DNA from: Bdellovibrionales bacterium RIFOXYD12_FULL_39_22
GTDB taxonomy: Bacteria > Bdellovibrionota > Bacteriovoracia > Bacteriovoracales > Bacteriovoracaceae
Assembly (NCBI GenBank): GCA_001770205.1
Contig: MEQL01000054.1
Location: forward strand, 1-64,000
DNA: 64,000 nt
Direction of reading: 5' to 3'
Shown here: piece after piece, positions 48,332 to 59,146 of the stretch
How positions within the stretch are numbered: the first letter of the stretch is position 1
Layout: the number at the start of each line of letters is the position of its first letter
Made by a program: the position numbers and the translations under genes
The notes under the pieces: generated by a model
The model's input: the letters and a program-made list of their open reading frames with translations, nothing else
Database searches by the model: none
Told to the model about the DNA's origin: nothing

Positions 48332-49762
48332 ATGGACAAATATCTATTTTTTTTACTAGCAACACTTATTTTTTTAGCTGGAAGTCAACTATCTGCGGCT
48401 CCTGGTACGAACGCTGATGGGCGCTGCTTTGAAGAAAGAAAAATTCCGCTATACGCGGTTGACTGGTCGATCCTCGGCGAAACCAACGAAAATCCTCATA
48501 TTCCCACAATAGCACCAGACGCGATAACTACCTCTCCAGCAATTGTCAAAAAAAGCAGAAATATCGTTGTCGGAGCAGGAGATAAACTACATTTTTTTTC
48601 CTCCAATAACACCAAACCAATCAAAGTCGTTAAGCTAGATTCCATGATCTACGGCACTCCCCTTGTTGACAATGAAGGTGTTGTCACGGCCCTAACCGAA
48701 AAGGGGACACTCTATTTTTTCGATGACAAGGGAAATGAGGTCTATCCCAAAATAGCGACAGGAAAAATTGTTAGGATGGAGATGTCTCCTTCCATGGATG
48801 CAAATGGAACCATATTATTCGGGGCCAATACCGGAATGAGTTCTATTCGAGACAGTGGAGAAATCATCTCTGTACAAGGACATCAGTCTATTTCCTCGCG
48901 CCCTCTCCCTTCTGTAGAAACGCCTTATTATGCACTTGAACTTGCTGCTGCGGTCAGAAATAAACCTCCTCTTAACATGAGTCGTCTTCTGCCTGCCTCT
49001 GTAACCTCTTCTATTGCTATCGGAGCAAAAGGCACCATCGTTTGCGGAGGTAGTGGAGTAATTAGTGTACTACCAACAGAAAAAGATCCATTCGCTATAT
49101 CTATATCGCCCACGTCTCTCAGCACATATGACGTCATAGCTACCCCGGCCATTGACGAAGATGCCAATCTAATCGTAGCGGGGGATGGAGAAGAATCCAC
49201 TGAGCATCATGTTCTTTTTTTTAATTTTGATGGAAAATCAATTGCCTCTCCTTTTAAAACTAGCAATCGTATTTATGCTTCCCCGACACTTGCCTCAAAA
49301 AACAAAAAAGTTATTGTCGCGGATATGGCCGGAATAATTTATATTTTCAACTATGACGGATCACTTCATGCACGCTACAATACTGATGCATCCACCACTT
49401 CCACTCCCGTAATGATTAACGATAACATTTTTGCATTGGCCTCAGATGATGGTGTTATGCGTTTTTTTGATTTAGATGGTAATCTTGTTGGTGAAATTAA
49501 AAATAAATTAGGCAAACTTACCCGCCTAACGACTCCCACCTTGGATGAAAAAGATGGTTCCGTAATTATTGGCGACAAAGATGGGTATCTCCATAGCTTT
49601 AAATTAAATTTAAATAATATAATCAAGATGCAAAATAAAATGGTGCAGATAACATGTCCTGATATCAACGATAACGAGAAAAAAGTTTCTGATACTCTAA
49701 AAAAAGAGGGGGGTGATACTAAGCAAACAGAGGAAAAATCAAAAGAAGGGACGAAAAGATGA
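48332..49762 (+). CDS. secreted PQQ-like beta-propeller protein
   Basis: Repeated SP/TP...G..DG.L..F..DG blades. Confidence 0.75.
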   Translation: MDKYLFFLLATLIFLAGSQLSAAPGTNADGRCFEERKIPLYAVDWSILGETNENPHIPTIAPDAITTSPAIVKKSRNIVVGAGDKLHFFSSNNTKPIKVVKLDSMIYGTPLVDNEGVVTALTEKGTLYFFDDKGNEVYPKIATGKIVRMEMSPSMDANGTILFGANTGMSSIRDSGEIISVQGHQSISSRPLPSVETPYYALELAAAVRNKPPLNMSRLLPASVTSSIAIGAKGTIVCGGSGVISVLPTEKDPFAISISPTSLSTYDVIATPAIDEDANLIVAGDGEESTEHHVLFFNFDGKSIASPFKTSNRIYASPTLASKNKKVIVADMAGIIYIFNYDGSLHARYNTDASTTSTPVMINDNIFALASDDGVMRFFDLDGNLVGEIKNKLGKLTRLTTPTLDEKDGSVIIGDKDGYLHSFKLNLNNIIKMQNKMVQITCPDINDNEKKVSDTLKKEGGDTKQTEEKSKEGTKR

Positions 49763-50163
49763 AAGATTTATTAAGCGTACTTATGCAAATAGTTCTGTTT
49801 GCCGGCCTAACCTTTTGGGCCTTTGCCCAAGAGGATAATCTAAATCGCCCCCCTGCATTTAAATGCGTTGAGCTGTCCAAAAAATGTGCCATCTGTACCG
49901 ATGGCAAAAAACACCCCGCGGCCGACGCCAAATCGCCAGAGCTAACGATAACTGATTACGAATGCGCGCAGGGTTTTGCCGGCCCGGCCCCACAACCCCA
50001 AAAAATAATGCCTGCCATTTCTGCCAAACTGGGCAAATGTATCATCATGAGTGATTTTTGTGCCATCTGTGCAGATGGCCTGTTTATCTCCACCTTATCA
50101 GGTAATAAAATAGACTCTGATCTATATGAATGCGTCACTTCTCCAAGAACTATGAAAAAATAA
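49759..50163 (+). CDS. small secreted Cys-rich protein with tandem repeat
   Basis: Two KC......CAIC.DG...D.YEC-like units; ATGA overlap with the upstream gene. Confidence 0.7.
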   Translation: MKDLLSVLMQIVLFAGLTFWAFAQEDNLNRPPAFKCVELSKKCAICTDGKKHPAADAKSPELTITDYECAQGFAGPAPQPQKIMPAISAKLGKCIIMSDFCAICADGLFISTLSGNKIDSDLYECVTSPRTMKK

Positions 50164-50164
50164 A

Positions 50165-51187
50165 CTACAGCGTCCGATGAGGTAAACTCTCCACTCTGCC
50201 GGCAGGAGTTACTTCAATATAATTGAGCTTTCTTTGTAATTCGCGAATAGTGGCCGATCCCGCATAAGTTAGGCCAGAACGTAGTCCACCAATAATATCG
50301 GCGATAATAGCATCTTGTTCCTCAGAGTATGCTACCTCCGTGGCCACCCCTTCGGCCGTCTTCCACTCGGTCAATCCTCCCAAATAATCATCGGCAACTT
50401 CTCGACTGGCCATACCTCGATATAGTTTTACTTTGCGTTCTTTGCCATTTGCATCCTTTCTAACAATAACGTCTCCGGGAGTTGGCGCCGTTCCGGCCAA
50501 CATGCTACCAATCATTACAAAGTCCGCACCAAAGGCCAAGGCCTTAACAATGTCACCAGAAGTACGAATACCTCCATCCGCAATAATCGAGCGGCCAACA
50601 CGGGCACAATCTTGAATGGCCGTTAAATTCGGAACTCCAAAGCCAGTTTTTATTCTAGTAGTACAAACCGAACCGCCACCAATTCCGACCTTGATTATAT
50701 CTGCACCGCATGATGCCAGATAATCAGCTCCTGCATAGGTGGCAACATTACCGCTCATAATACAGGCATCTTTACCCAACATCTCGCGCATGCTCTTCAT
50801 TGTTCTTCCAACATATTTGGCATGCGCATGCGCCACATCAATACAAAAATATAATGCCCCGGCATCTCGCAATGCTTCTACTCGCTCTAGATCTTTTTCC
50901 GAACAGCCAATTGATACAAAAGTTTTATGCTGACACTTTTTAAACTCTTTTACATTGTCTTCAATGGACATAAATCGATGCAATACTCCAATACCTCCCT
51001 TACCACCAATATAATTTGCCATAGCATGCTCAGTAATAGTGTCCATATTTGAGGTCATGACGGGCAAGTCTAGTTTTAACTTTCCAGCTTGATCTCCACT
51101 GCTAATATCCACTATCCTTCTTGACTCATAGTGATTGTACGCCGGAACTAAAAGAACATCATCATAGGTAATTGCTTTTTGGCCCAT
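50165..51187 (-). CDS. guaC: GMP reductase (IMPDH/GMPR family, no CBS domains)
   Basis: [34 protein letters not shown]...AEG; lacks the IMPDH flap Arg-Tyr dyad. Confidence 0.7.
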   Translation of the reverse strand: MGQKAITYDDVLLVPAYNHYESRRIVDISSGDQAGKLKLDLPVMTSNMDTITEHAMANYIGGKGGIGVLHRFMSIEDNVKEFKKCQHKTFVSIGCSEKDLERVEALRDAGALYFCIDVAHAHAKYVGRTMKSMREMLGKDACIMSGNVATYAGADYLASCGADIIKVGIGGGSVCTTRIKTGFGVPNLTAIQDCARVGRSIIADGGIRTSGDIVKALAFGADFVMIGSMLAGTAPTPGDVIVRKDANGKERKVKLYRGMASREVADDYLGGLTEWKTAEGVATEVAYSEEQDAIIADIIGGLRSGLTYAGSATIRELQRKLNYIEVTPAGRVESLPHRTL

Positions 51188-51253
51188 TACATCCTCCCTC
51201 ATCAATTCATTAATTACGCTTTCCGATTCCCTACTATCTATATCTAAAAAAAA

Positions 51254-51772
51254 CTATGCTTTGTATACACCAATGTAGGGCAACTCTCGGTAGTAACCGT
51301 CATAATCCAATCCATAGCCAATCACAAATTTGTCTTCAATCTCAAAACCTAAATAATCAATCGTTAACGGATGCTCCACCCGCACTTTTTTAAAGAGGAG
51401 CGAGGCCAATTTCATGGATGCTGGGTTTCTAGATTTTAACATTTTGGTAAGTTGAGTTATGGTAAGTCCGGTATCCACAATATCTTCAATAAGTATTATG
51501 TGTTTTCCGGCAATATCTCTTTTCAAATCCAAGTTTATCTTAACATTACCGGAACTAGTGGTAGTGGCCCCTTCATATGAAGAAGCGGAGATGAATTCAA
51601 TACTGTTTTTTATGGTAAGATAACGAACTAGATCTGCACAAAAAATAAATGATCCAGTAAGAACACCTACCAAAACAACTTCTTTGCCATGATAATCGGC
51701 ATTAATTTGCGCTGCTAACTCTTTTACTTTCTTTTCTATTTGTACCTGAGAAATATAAACTTCAATGGCCAT
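51254..51772 (-). CDS. hpt: hypoxanthine phosphoribosyltransferase
   Basis: VL.GSFIF.ADL, LIEDIVDTGLT, FVIGYGLDY...YRELPYI. Confidence 0.95.
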   Translation of the reverse strand: MAIEVYISQVQIEKKVKELAAQINADYHGKEVVLVGVLTGSFIFCADLVRYLTIKNSIEFISASSYEGATTTSSGNVKINLDLKRDIAGKHIILIEDIVDTGLTITQLTKMLKSRNPASMKLASLLFKKVRVEHPLTIDYLGFEIEDKFVIGYGLDYDGYYRELPYIGVYKA

Positions 51773-51969
51773 GTAACGACTCCTTTGCCTATAAAAAGAA
51801 AGGCCCTAAGATAGCTCTCTAAAAATTATGAGTCTATTAAAATCTAAAACCCGACCAGGCCGCTCGGGTTAACCAAATATTTTACGAAAAAGAAATTTCC
51901 CATAAAGATAAAACGGGTTAAACTCAAGTTAGAAAATTAGATAACTCACCAAACAACAAGGAATCTTCT

Positions 51970-52449
51970 ATGAAAAATACTCTTGTTTTATTTTTTTTAT
52001 TGTCTACGTTTCTGATCTACCAGTACGCCAGCGCACAATCTGGCCCTCGCTATGTAAAAGGATTATCTGTTTCGCTTTTGGCAGAACCCAAAAATGGCTC
52101 CACGGTAGTTAATAAGTTGGAACGTGGGGCGGCCGTCACACAAGAAACAGAACAAGGATTTTGGGCAAAAATTGTAACCCCGCAAGGAACAGGCTGGGTT
52201 CCCAAGCTTACTCTCTCTGCTTCTCCTCCTGCCGCTCAAGAGAGCTTAATGGATAAAAAAGTAGATATCTCCTCTAATGCCAGAAAACGGGCCTCTAATT
52301 TTACCAGTGCGGGTTCGGCACGAGGACTAAATGAGAGCAAGGCCGATTTTGATAAAGCAAATCTTAAGGCCGACTTCGCGGCCTTAAAAAAGATGGAATC
52401 ATTTTACGTATCACCACAAAAAGCTTTAAGGCTTTTGGGAGCAATGTAG
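51970..52449 (+). CDS. secreted bacterial SH3-domain protein
   Basis: L.AEP...S.VV.KL.RG..V.....G.W.KI....TGWV; TSAGSARGL. Confidence 0.8.
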   Translation: MKNTLVLFFLLSTFLIYQYASAQSGPRYVKGLSVSLLAEPKNGSTVVNKLERGAAVTQETEQGFWAKIVTPQGTGWVPKLTLSASPPAAQESLMDKKVDISSNARKRASNFTSAGSARGLNESKADFDKANLKADFAALKKMESFYVSPQKALRLLGAM

Positions 52450-52451
52450 TT

Positions 52452-53291
52452 ATGAAAAAATTAATTATTATGGCCTCAATGATTATTACTTTTCTCCTTC
52501 CAGCAATTGGCGCCACTACCACTACTGACACTGTCAACGAAGATGCCCGCAAACGGCTTCATCAGCTTAATGATGGTGGATATACTCAAGATGATGTACA
52601 GGCAGAAATAGATTTTGGAAAAAAACTGGCGGCCGGAATATTAGGAAAGACTACTATTTTGGCCAACAAAAAAATGAACTCCTATGTGAACACCATTGGT
52701 TCACTTCTTGTTTCACAAGTAGGCCGGCCAGAGTTACGTTATCATTTTGCGATACTTGATAGCGATGATGTCAACGCCTATGCCTGTCCAGGGGGATATA
52801 TTTTTGTTTCCAAGGGGGCATTAAAGTTAATGAAAAATGAAGGCCAATTAGCAGGAGTTTTGGCCCACGAAATCACCCATGTAAATCAGCGACACATTGT
52901 AAAACAACTTAATATCAAGGCCAAAGATGATTCTCTCAATAGCAACATAGCGGCCGTAGTGGGTGGCGGCTCCACCGCTTTTTTCACTATGCTAAATCAG
53001 GGAATGGATCTGTTATTTACTGATGGCCTCAAACGCGAAGATGAATATGAGGCCGATGCTATTGGCCTTGAAATGCTCACGGCCTTAGGTTACAACGTAA
53101 GAAGTTATTATGATTTTTTAGAAGAGGTTAAAAGATCTAATGAACAACATAAAGATCAGGTTATGAATAAGACTCATCCTTCAATGGATAGTCGACTTGA
53201 GCGCATTAAGCTAATCATGACACAAAATGGCCTACACCAGTTAAATGGCAATACTAACCAACCGAGGTTTTCAAAATATGTCACACTCTAA
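52452..53291 (+). CDS. M48 family metallopeptidase
   Basis: NAYACPGGYIFV..G, LAGVLAHEITHV..RH, EYEAD, THP....R. Confidence 0.9.
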   Translation: MKKLIIMASMIITFLLPAIGATTTTDTVNEDARKRLHQLNDGGYTQDDVQAEIDFGKKLAAGILGKTTILANKKMNSYVNTIGSLLVSQVGRPELRYHFAILDSDDVNAYACPGGYIFVSKGALKLMKNEGQLAGVLAHEITHVNQRHIVKQLNIKAKDDSLNSNIAAVVGGGSTAFFTMLNQGMDLLFTDGLKREDEYEADAIGLEMLTALGYNVRSYYDFLEEVKRSNEQHKDQVMNKTHPSMDSRLERIKLIMTQNGLHQLNGNTNQPRFSKYVTL

Positions 53292-54504
53292 TCAATTCTT
53301 CTTTCTACTACTTACCACTGCTGCTATTACTGTTAGCTCCTACTCTCTTGCCGATACAACTCACTACCGAGACATTTTGATTGGCGGCCGCGCTTCCACT
53401 ATGGGTGGTGCCTACACGGCCGTAAGTGACGATGCCGCTGGGCTAATCTATAACCCCGCAGGCATGGCCATGGCCCCCAGCGACAGTATTTCTGGCAGTG
53501 CTAAGATTTTTCATAACGCAGAAACAACCTATAAGGAAACTATTGGGGTAGAAAATTGGGAACGCACCAGCAGCAATTTTTTGGCCAATTTTTTTGGCGT
53601 CATTAAAAAACTAGGCAACCATACTCTGGCCATCTCCTACGCAATTCCAGATGCCGCAGTAGAGCACCAAGATCAAACTTACTACGACCCAACTCAGAGC
53701 ATCTCTGATTACACTATGAATTTACATACTGAAGATGTAACCGATTTAATTTCTCTTGGCCACTCCATGCCCATTTTTCCCGGAATGATAGTAGGAAATT
53801 TAACCTACGGTATCTCACTGGGATATCTGCATCGTTCCTACATTTCGACCTTTCATCAGCAGGTTGAATACAACAATAACACTGACTATATGGGTTACAG
53901 TACCACCACCACCAAAGAAAATGGCATCAATGGGAAGCTGGGACTGCTCTGGCAATATGGCCAGTTTGCTGTTGGCGTGACTGCCGCCAATACCGTGCTA
54001 ATCAATAGCTCCACCATCGTGCAAACTGATACAGAACAGACTGGGGCGACTAACAATATTTTTCTAAAAGGAACCTCTACCGTAAAACGCGAATTCCCCT
54101 ACGAATTTAAAGTGGGATTTGCCTTTTTTCAATCAACAACAACCCTCTTTGCCTGTGATTTTGAATATTATATAAGCAATAATCCGAGTAATGTTGACAC
54201 CTGGAACTTATCCTTCGGAACTGAGCATTACCTAAATCAAAGTAACTCTCTACGCTTAGGATTATACACCAACAATAGCAACCAACTTTCCCCAGAAGAA
54301 GGGATTACAGAATCCCTCACTCACATAGATATGTATGGTGCGACAGTTGGTTACACCAACTATTCAAAAGAATCATCGGTTACATTAGGCCTTATTTATT
54401 CTATGGGAGCGGGAGAGACTCAGCCATACGACACTGGCGGCCTTATCCGCGACATAGAAAAAACCTCTATTTCGGTGGTCATGTCCGCCGACTATGGTTT
54501 TTAA
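53278..54504 (+). CDS. FadL/TodX-like outer-membrane beta-barrel
   Basis: GGRASTMGGAYTAVSDDA....YNPAG hatch motif; terminal aromatic residue. Confidence 0.75.
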   Translation: MSHSNQFFFLLLTTAAITVSSYSLADTTHYRDILIGGRASTMGGAYTAVSDDAAGLIYNPAGMAMAPSDSISGSAKIFHNAETTYKETIGVENWERTSSNFLANFFGVIKKLGNHTLAISYAIPDAAVEHQDQTYYDPTQSISDYTMNLHTEDVTDLISLGHSMPIFPGMIVGNLTYGISLGYLHRSYISTFHQQVEYNNNTDYMGYSTTTTKENGINGKLGLLWQYGQFAVGVTAANTVLINSSTIVQTDTEQTGATNNIFLKGTSTVKREFPYEFKVGFAFFQSTTTLFACDFEYYISNNPSNVDTWNLSFGTEHYLNQSNSLRLGLYTNNSNQLSPEEGITESLTHIDMYGATVGYTNYSKESSVTLGLIYSMGAGETQPYDTGGLIRDIEKTSISVVMSADYGF

Positions 54505-54551
54505 CATTAACATGATTATCTCTTCCCCCTGTTTTTTATCTGGACAATCTT

Positions 54552-56771
54552 ATGTTTCATTTGAATAGAAAAAAAATTATCTGGGCCGCACTATTTGTAC
54601 TTTTGGCAAATGCGATGGCACTCTTAGTTAATCAGAGCAAGTTTGTCGATTTTTTGGAAAATAAGACTTTTGATATTCGCCTAGAGTTGGCCAACAAGAA
54701 TAAGATTGCCAGCAAAGATGTTGTACTAGTCCTGGTGGATGAGGCCAGTCTCTATTCCGCAAAAAAATTACTTGGCCGCTGGCCCTGGCCTCGTACCATC
54801 TGGTCGCAAGTAGTCGAATTTTTAAATGCGGCCGGGGCACGCCAAATTGTTTTTGATATTCTCTTTTCTGAACCACAGATTGCGCGCAATGAACAAGAGG
54901 AACTAGGCGAAGATGATATCAATCTTGTCTCTTCTTCCGTCAATGGAAAAGTTTATCATGCCTATCAATTAATTCACGATACCCAAGATGAGTATAAAAA
55001 AGATCTGCTTCTTAACCAACCACTCCCTTCCGATTTTATTGATAAGTTCTCTCTCAAAGTTCAGCTCGATAACTATACGCCCAATGATAATTACAACAAC
55101 TACTATCTTCCCATTCCCGAGTTATATCAGGCCAGTTTTGGAGCAGGCGTGGTAGAATTTGCCCCTGATCAAGATGGCATCTTTCGCCAAACAAAACTTC
55201 TTCGCTCCTACCAAGGAAAGTTTTATCCAACGCTCTCTATGGCACCCATAATAGATAAATTGGATATAAAAAATATCAAACTCTCACCTCGCACTCTCTT
55301 TTTAGAAAATCTCCCGATTCAGCTCAACAACAATGGCCAATATTACATCAATATGAAAAAGAATTTCACGACCATCTCCGCTGGTGGGCTGCTGGCCACC
55401 ATTCAAAGCATAAACCAAGGCAATATGGAGGGAATGATTGTCACGCCAGAAGAGTTTAAGGATAAAATTGTTTTCTTGGCCGGAAGTGCGGTAGGAATCG
55501 AAGATTTGAAAGCAACGGCCTTAGGCCAACTCCCTGGTGTCTATCTTCATGCTTCCATCATCGATAATATTTTGAATGAATCATTCATTAACCAGATCGA
55601 ACTAACCTCTATTTTGCCCTACTTTTTGCTGGCCTCTATCATTGTCACTTTATTTACTATTGGCGGGGCAAATCCCTTTGTTCAAAATATCAGCTTCCCT
55701 TTAATCTCTGCTGGATACCTCTACTTTGCAACTTTTGTTTTTAAAAATGATTATACTTGGTATCCCATAATTACCCCGCTCCTGGCACTACTTCTTTTGC
55801 CCTATGTACTATCACTTATTTTCGTCATGATGACCGAAGGAAAAGAGAAGCGTTTTTTAAAAGCGGCCTTCAGTAACTACATCTCTCCAGAACTTATTGA
55901 TCAAATGCATCAATCCGGAGAACCTCCCAAATTGGGCGGCGACGTAGGTTTGCGAACTGCCTATTTTACTGACATCCAAGGCTTTTCTTCTTTTTCAGAA
56001 AAGCTATCTGCTCCTCGCCTTGTCGAGTTACTTAATGAATATCTTACCGATATGACCGATATTCTTTTGGCCGAAGGAGGTACGCTGGATAAATATGAAG
56101 GCGATGCCATCATCGCTTTTTTTGGCGCCCCTATGCCAATGGAAGATCATGCCGTGCGCGCTTGTCGAGTTGCGCACAAAATGCAAGTACGCTTAGGCGA
56201 ACTGCGTAACAAATGGACAAAGGAGGGAGATAAGTGGCCAGCGATTGTGCACAATATGCGTATGCGCATTGGTATCAACTCGGGAGAAATAGTTACTGGC
56301 AATATGGGCTCAAAAAAACGAATGAACTACACCATGATGGGCGACGCCGTTAACCTCAGTGCCAGGCTAGAGGCCTCTGCCAAGCAATATGGGGTTTTTA
56401 CCCAAATTGCCCAAGATACGGTAAAACTAACGGGGGATAATTTTGAATTTCGTCAGCTTGATACTATTCGGGTAGTGGGAAAAACTCTACCAGTTACCAC
56501 TTATGAATTACTAGGAATGAAAGGAGAAGTTGATGATAATTTAAAAAATCTTAAGGCCTTTTTTGAAAATGGCCTGGCCGAATATAAGCAACAAAAGTGG
56601 GACAAGGCCTTAGATTTTTTTAAAAAATCGCTAGAGTGCGAACATCGTCGTTATCCGGAACTTGTGGCCAAGGATAATCCTTCGACCATCTACATCGAAC
56701 GATGTGATCAATTTAAACAAACGCCTCCTCCTCCAGATTGGGATGGAGTATTCACTTTAACCAGTAAATAG
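54552..56771 (+). CDS. CHASE2-domain class III adenylate cyclase
   Basis: RWPWPR, FDILFSEP, DQDGIFR, PGVYLHA; FTDIQGFS, DKYEGDAI, GDAVNLSARLE. Confidence 0.92.
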   Translation: MFHLNRKKIIWAALFVLLANAMALLVNQSKFVDFLENKTFDIRLELANKNKIASKDVVLVLVDEASLYSAKKLLGRWPWPRTIWSQVVEFLNAAGARQIVFDILFSEPQIARNEQEELGEDDINLVSSSVNGKVYHAYQLIHDTQDEYKKDLLLNQPLPSDFIDKFSLKVQLDNYTPNDNYNNYYLPIPELYQASFGAGVVEFAPDQDGIFRQTKLLRSYQGKFYPTLSMAPIIDKLDIKNIKLSPRTLFLENLPIQLNNNGQYYINMKKNFTTISAGGLLATIQSINQGNMEGMIVTPEEFKDKIVFLAGSAVGIEDLKATALGQLPGVYLHASIIDNILNESFINQIELTSILPYFLLASIIVTLFTIGGANPFVQNISFPLISAGYLYFATFVFKNDYTWYPIITPLLALLLLPYVLSLIFVMMTEGKEKRFLKAAFSNYISPELIDQMHQSGEPPKLGGDVGLRTAYFTDIQGFSSFSEKLSAPRLVELLNEYLTDMTDILLAEGGTLDKYEGDAIIAFFGAPMPMEDHAVRACRVAHKMQVRLGELRNKWTKEGDKWPAIVHNMRMRIGINSGEIVTGNMGSKKRMNYTMMGDAVNLSARLEASAKQYGVFTQIAQDTVKLTGDNFEFRQLDTIRVVGKTLPVTTYELLGMKGEVDDNLKNLKAFFENGLAEYKQQKWDKALDFFKKSLECEHRRYPELVAKDNPSTIYIERCDQFKQTPPPPDWDGVFTLTSK

Positions 56772-56772
56772 G

Positions 56773-57306
56773 ATGCCTCACGATATGACAAAACCCACAG
56801 AACCAAATACTTCACAAAATACTAAGAGCATTATCTCTTATCTGAAAGAGGCCTTAGAATTAAATGAAGAAATTACGGCCGTAGAACAGCTCTCTCAATT
56901 CACCGAATCCATCGGAAATAAGTTGATAAAACTCTATGATCTTAAATTTCCCAAAAAATGTAACACTTGCGGCCGAGTTTATCAGACCAGAAATGAGTAT
57001 TTAAAGGCCACTAATCCCATTAAAGGAAGGACTGGTACCGTTTTTGCTAAAAATAGTGTGCAAGAATATCGCAACTGCATCTGCGGATCTACACTGATTG
57101 TTATAACAGAAGAGCGGCGCGACACCTCTTCTTTTGGTAACGCCCGACGCGCACTTTTTGATCTTTGCTTAGAAAAATTAAAGAGCTTTTCCAAAAAAGA
57201 TGAAAGTGAATTGAAAAATATCATTCGCAATATTTTTCGCACAGTCATTGAACAGTCACAACAAAACCAAAATGGCCTAGAAGATATTAAATATCGTGAT
57301 CTTTAA
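56773..57306 (+). CDS. hypothetical protein with CxxC...CxC motif
   Basis: FPKKCNTCGRVY...YRNCICGSTL...RRD.S..G..RR..F. Confidence 0.7.
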   Translation: MPHDMTKPTEPNTSQNTKSIISYLKEALELNEEITAVEQLSQFTESIGNKLIKLYDLKFPKKCNTCGRVYQTRNEYLKATNPIKGRTGTVFAKNSVQEYRNCICGSTLIVITEERRDTSSFGNARRALFDLCLEKLKSFSKKDESELKNIIRNIFRTVIEQSQQNQNGLEDIKYRDL

Positions 57307-57326
57307 GTTCTGCTTATAACTGATGA

Positions 57327-58706
57327 TTAGCGAATATCTGTAGGTAAAGTAACAATAAAACGACTTCCAACTCCTACTTCACTTTCTACTTTGATCTCTC
57401 CAAAATGAAGACGCACGATCTCTTTCACGATAGGAAGGCCCATCCCATTTCCGCTGGGATTAATGGCCGCCGCATCATTGCAGCGGAAGTGTTCATTAAA
57501 AATTTTGTCTATATTTTTGGCCGCAATCCCAATCCCTTGATCAATAACTTCATAAACCATTGCCTCTCTTTCTAAATGTGGGCCACTACTTACAATTTTT
57601 CCGCGAGAAATAACTACCCGAATTTTACTATTTTCTTTGGAGTAATGGATTGCATTGATAATCAAATTATCAAAAAGAATTTCAAAAAGATTGGGAATAA
57701 CTTTTATACTCAGAGCGCCTTCGCCTTCGCTCTTAACCTCTAACTCGATACGAATTTGTTTGCTTGTGGCATAACTACTATGCTGCTCTATTTTAGAGCG
57801 TAGTACCTTTATCACCTCCGTATTAACAAATTCTCCTTCTTTAAACACCGAGGTTTTTAGATTAGAAAGTTGAATAATATTTTGAATCATCTTAGTTAGA
57901 GAGCTACAACGCAGATCAATTTTCCCCATAATCTCTCGAACTTTCGGATTAATCTCTCCCACATGGCCTTCTAGAATAACCCCAATATAGCTCTGAATGG
58001 CCGAAAATGGGGCCTTCAGCTCATGCGTAGCACGCAACGTATATTTTTGCTTTTCTGCATCTAAATTCATCAATTGCTGATTTTTCTCTAAAAGCTCCCG
58101 CTTATTTTGTGCAATAAATTTGACTAACAGACTAACTAGATAAAAAATAAAAACAAAAAGTGAAATATTAAAAAGCAGTAATGCCAAACTTCCACTTAAA
58201 TTAAATCCCAGCTCCAAATAGGAAGTAAAGGCCTCATCTATTAACCTTGACTGCTGTAGTGTCATGATAAAAATTATAATTAAACTGGCCAACATAACTA
58301 GAAGGCCTGGCCGAAACTTTTCAAAAACAATTGAAGTAATAATAACATGAGGCAAATAGAGCACTGCCAGATTGATAGGAATCATTCCATATTTATCTAT
58401 CAACATTGTGACACAAAGATAGTCGACAAAAACCTGGGCAAAAAAGAAATAGACCCTAATTTTACTTAGCGAATCATATTTATTATGAAAAAAAAGATAT
58501 ATCAGGTAAAAAAATAAATTAGCTCCTCCCAAAATAAAAATAACGCTTTTTATGGTTACAATACCACCAATAAAAAAACGTAAAAGTTGAAAATGCTGTA
58601 AAGTGGCCAGCAGCGAAAGAATTAAAAAAACTATCCAGCGCAACTGAATCAACCAGTAGAGCCTAATCTGCAAAAAATCACTTTTGCGCATGGTAAAAGT
58701 GGCCAT
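57327..58706 (-). CDS. membrane sensor histidine kinase
   Basis: Multiple TMs; THELKAP H-box, NLIINAIHYS, DQGIG, GNGMGL. Confidence 0.93.
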   Translation of the reverse strand: MATFTMRKSDFLQIRLYWLIQLRWIVFLILSLLATLQHFQLLRFFIGGIVTIKSVIFILGGANLFFYLIYLFFHNKYDSLSKIRVYFFFAQVFVDYLCVTMLIDKYGMIPINLAVLYLPHVIITSIVFEKFRPGLLVMLASLIIIFIMTLQQSRLIDEAFTSYLELGFNLSGSLALLLFNISLFVFIFYLVSLLVKFIAQNKRELLEKNQQLMNLDAEKQKYTLRATHELKAPFSAIQSYIGVILEGHVGEINPKVREIMGKIDLRCSSLTKMIQNIIQLSNLKTSVFKEGEFVNTEVIKVLRSKIEQHSSYATSKQIRIELEVKSEGEGALSIKVIPNLFEILFDNLIINAIHYSKENSKIRVVISRGKIVSSGPHLEREAMVYEVIDQGIGIAAKNIDKIFNEHFRCNDAAAINPSGNGMGLPIVKEIVRLHFGEIKVESEVGVGSRFIVTLPTDIR

Positions 58707-58710
58707 TAGT

Positions 58711-59115
58711 TTACTTTACCAGCTCATTTATCTTGGCCAGTAGTATACTTGGGCGAATAGGCTTTTCCATGAAAAAATCTGCCGGAATTGACCCTTTTCC
58801 ACTTACTGAGTTAATTGCTGAGGTAAAGGCCATATTAAATTTCTCGTTAATGGCCGAAAGAATTATCACCGGAATATGCTTAATTCGTAAATCTTCTTTG
58901 ATGGCGCGGCATAATTCAAAGCCAGTCGTCGGATTTTCTGGAAACATTACATCTAAAATTACCAGGTGAGGCATCTCTTTTGCGATCATTTCTATGGCCT
59001 CATTTTCTGAACTGGAGGAGACCACCTCCATACCAGAAGACTCTAAGGATATCTTTAATGCCTCTATTTGATCTAGATCATCATCTACAATTGCTATTTT
59101 TCGCTTACTCCCCAT
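58711..59115 (-). CDS. single-domain response regulator
   Basis: IVDDD, ILDVM, IILSA, EKP. Confidence 0.92.
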   Translation of the reverse strand: MGSKRKIAIVDDDLDQIEALKISLESSGMEVVSSSSENEAIEMIAKEMPHLVILDVMFPENPTTGFELCRAIKEDLRIKHIPVIILSAINEKFNMAFTSAINSVSGKGSIPADFFMEKPIRPSILLAKINELVK

Positions 59116-59146
59116 ATCATCAACTCCTTCACTGTTTCTACTATTT

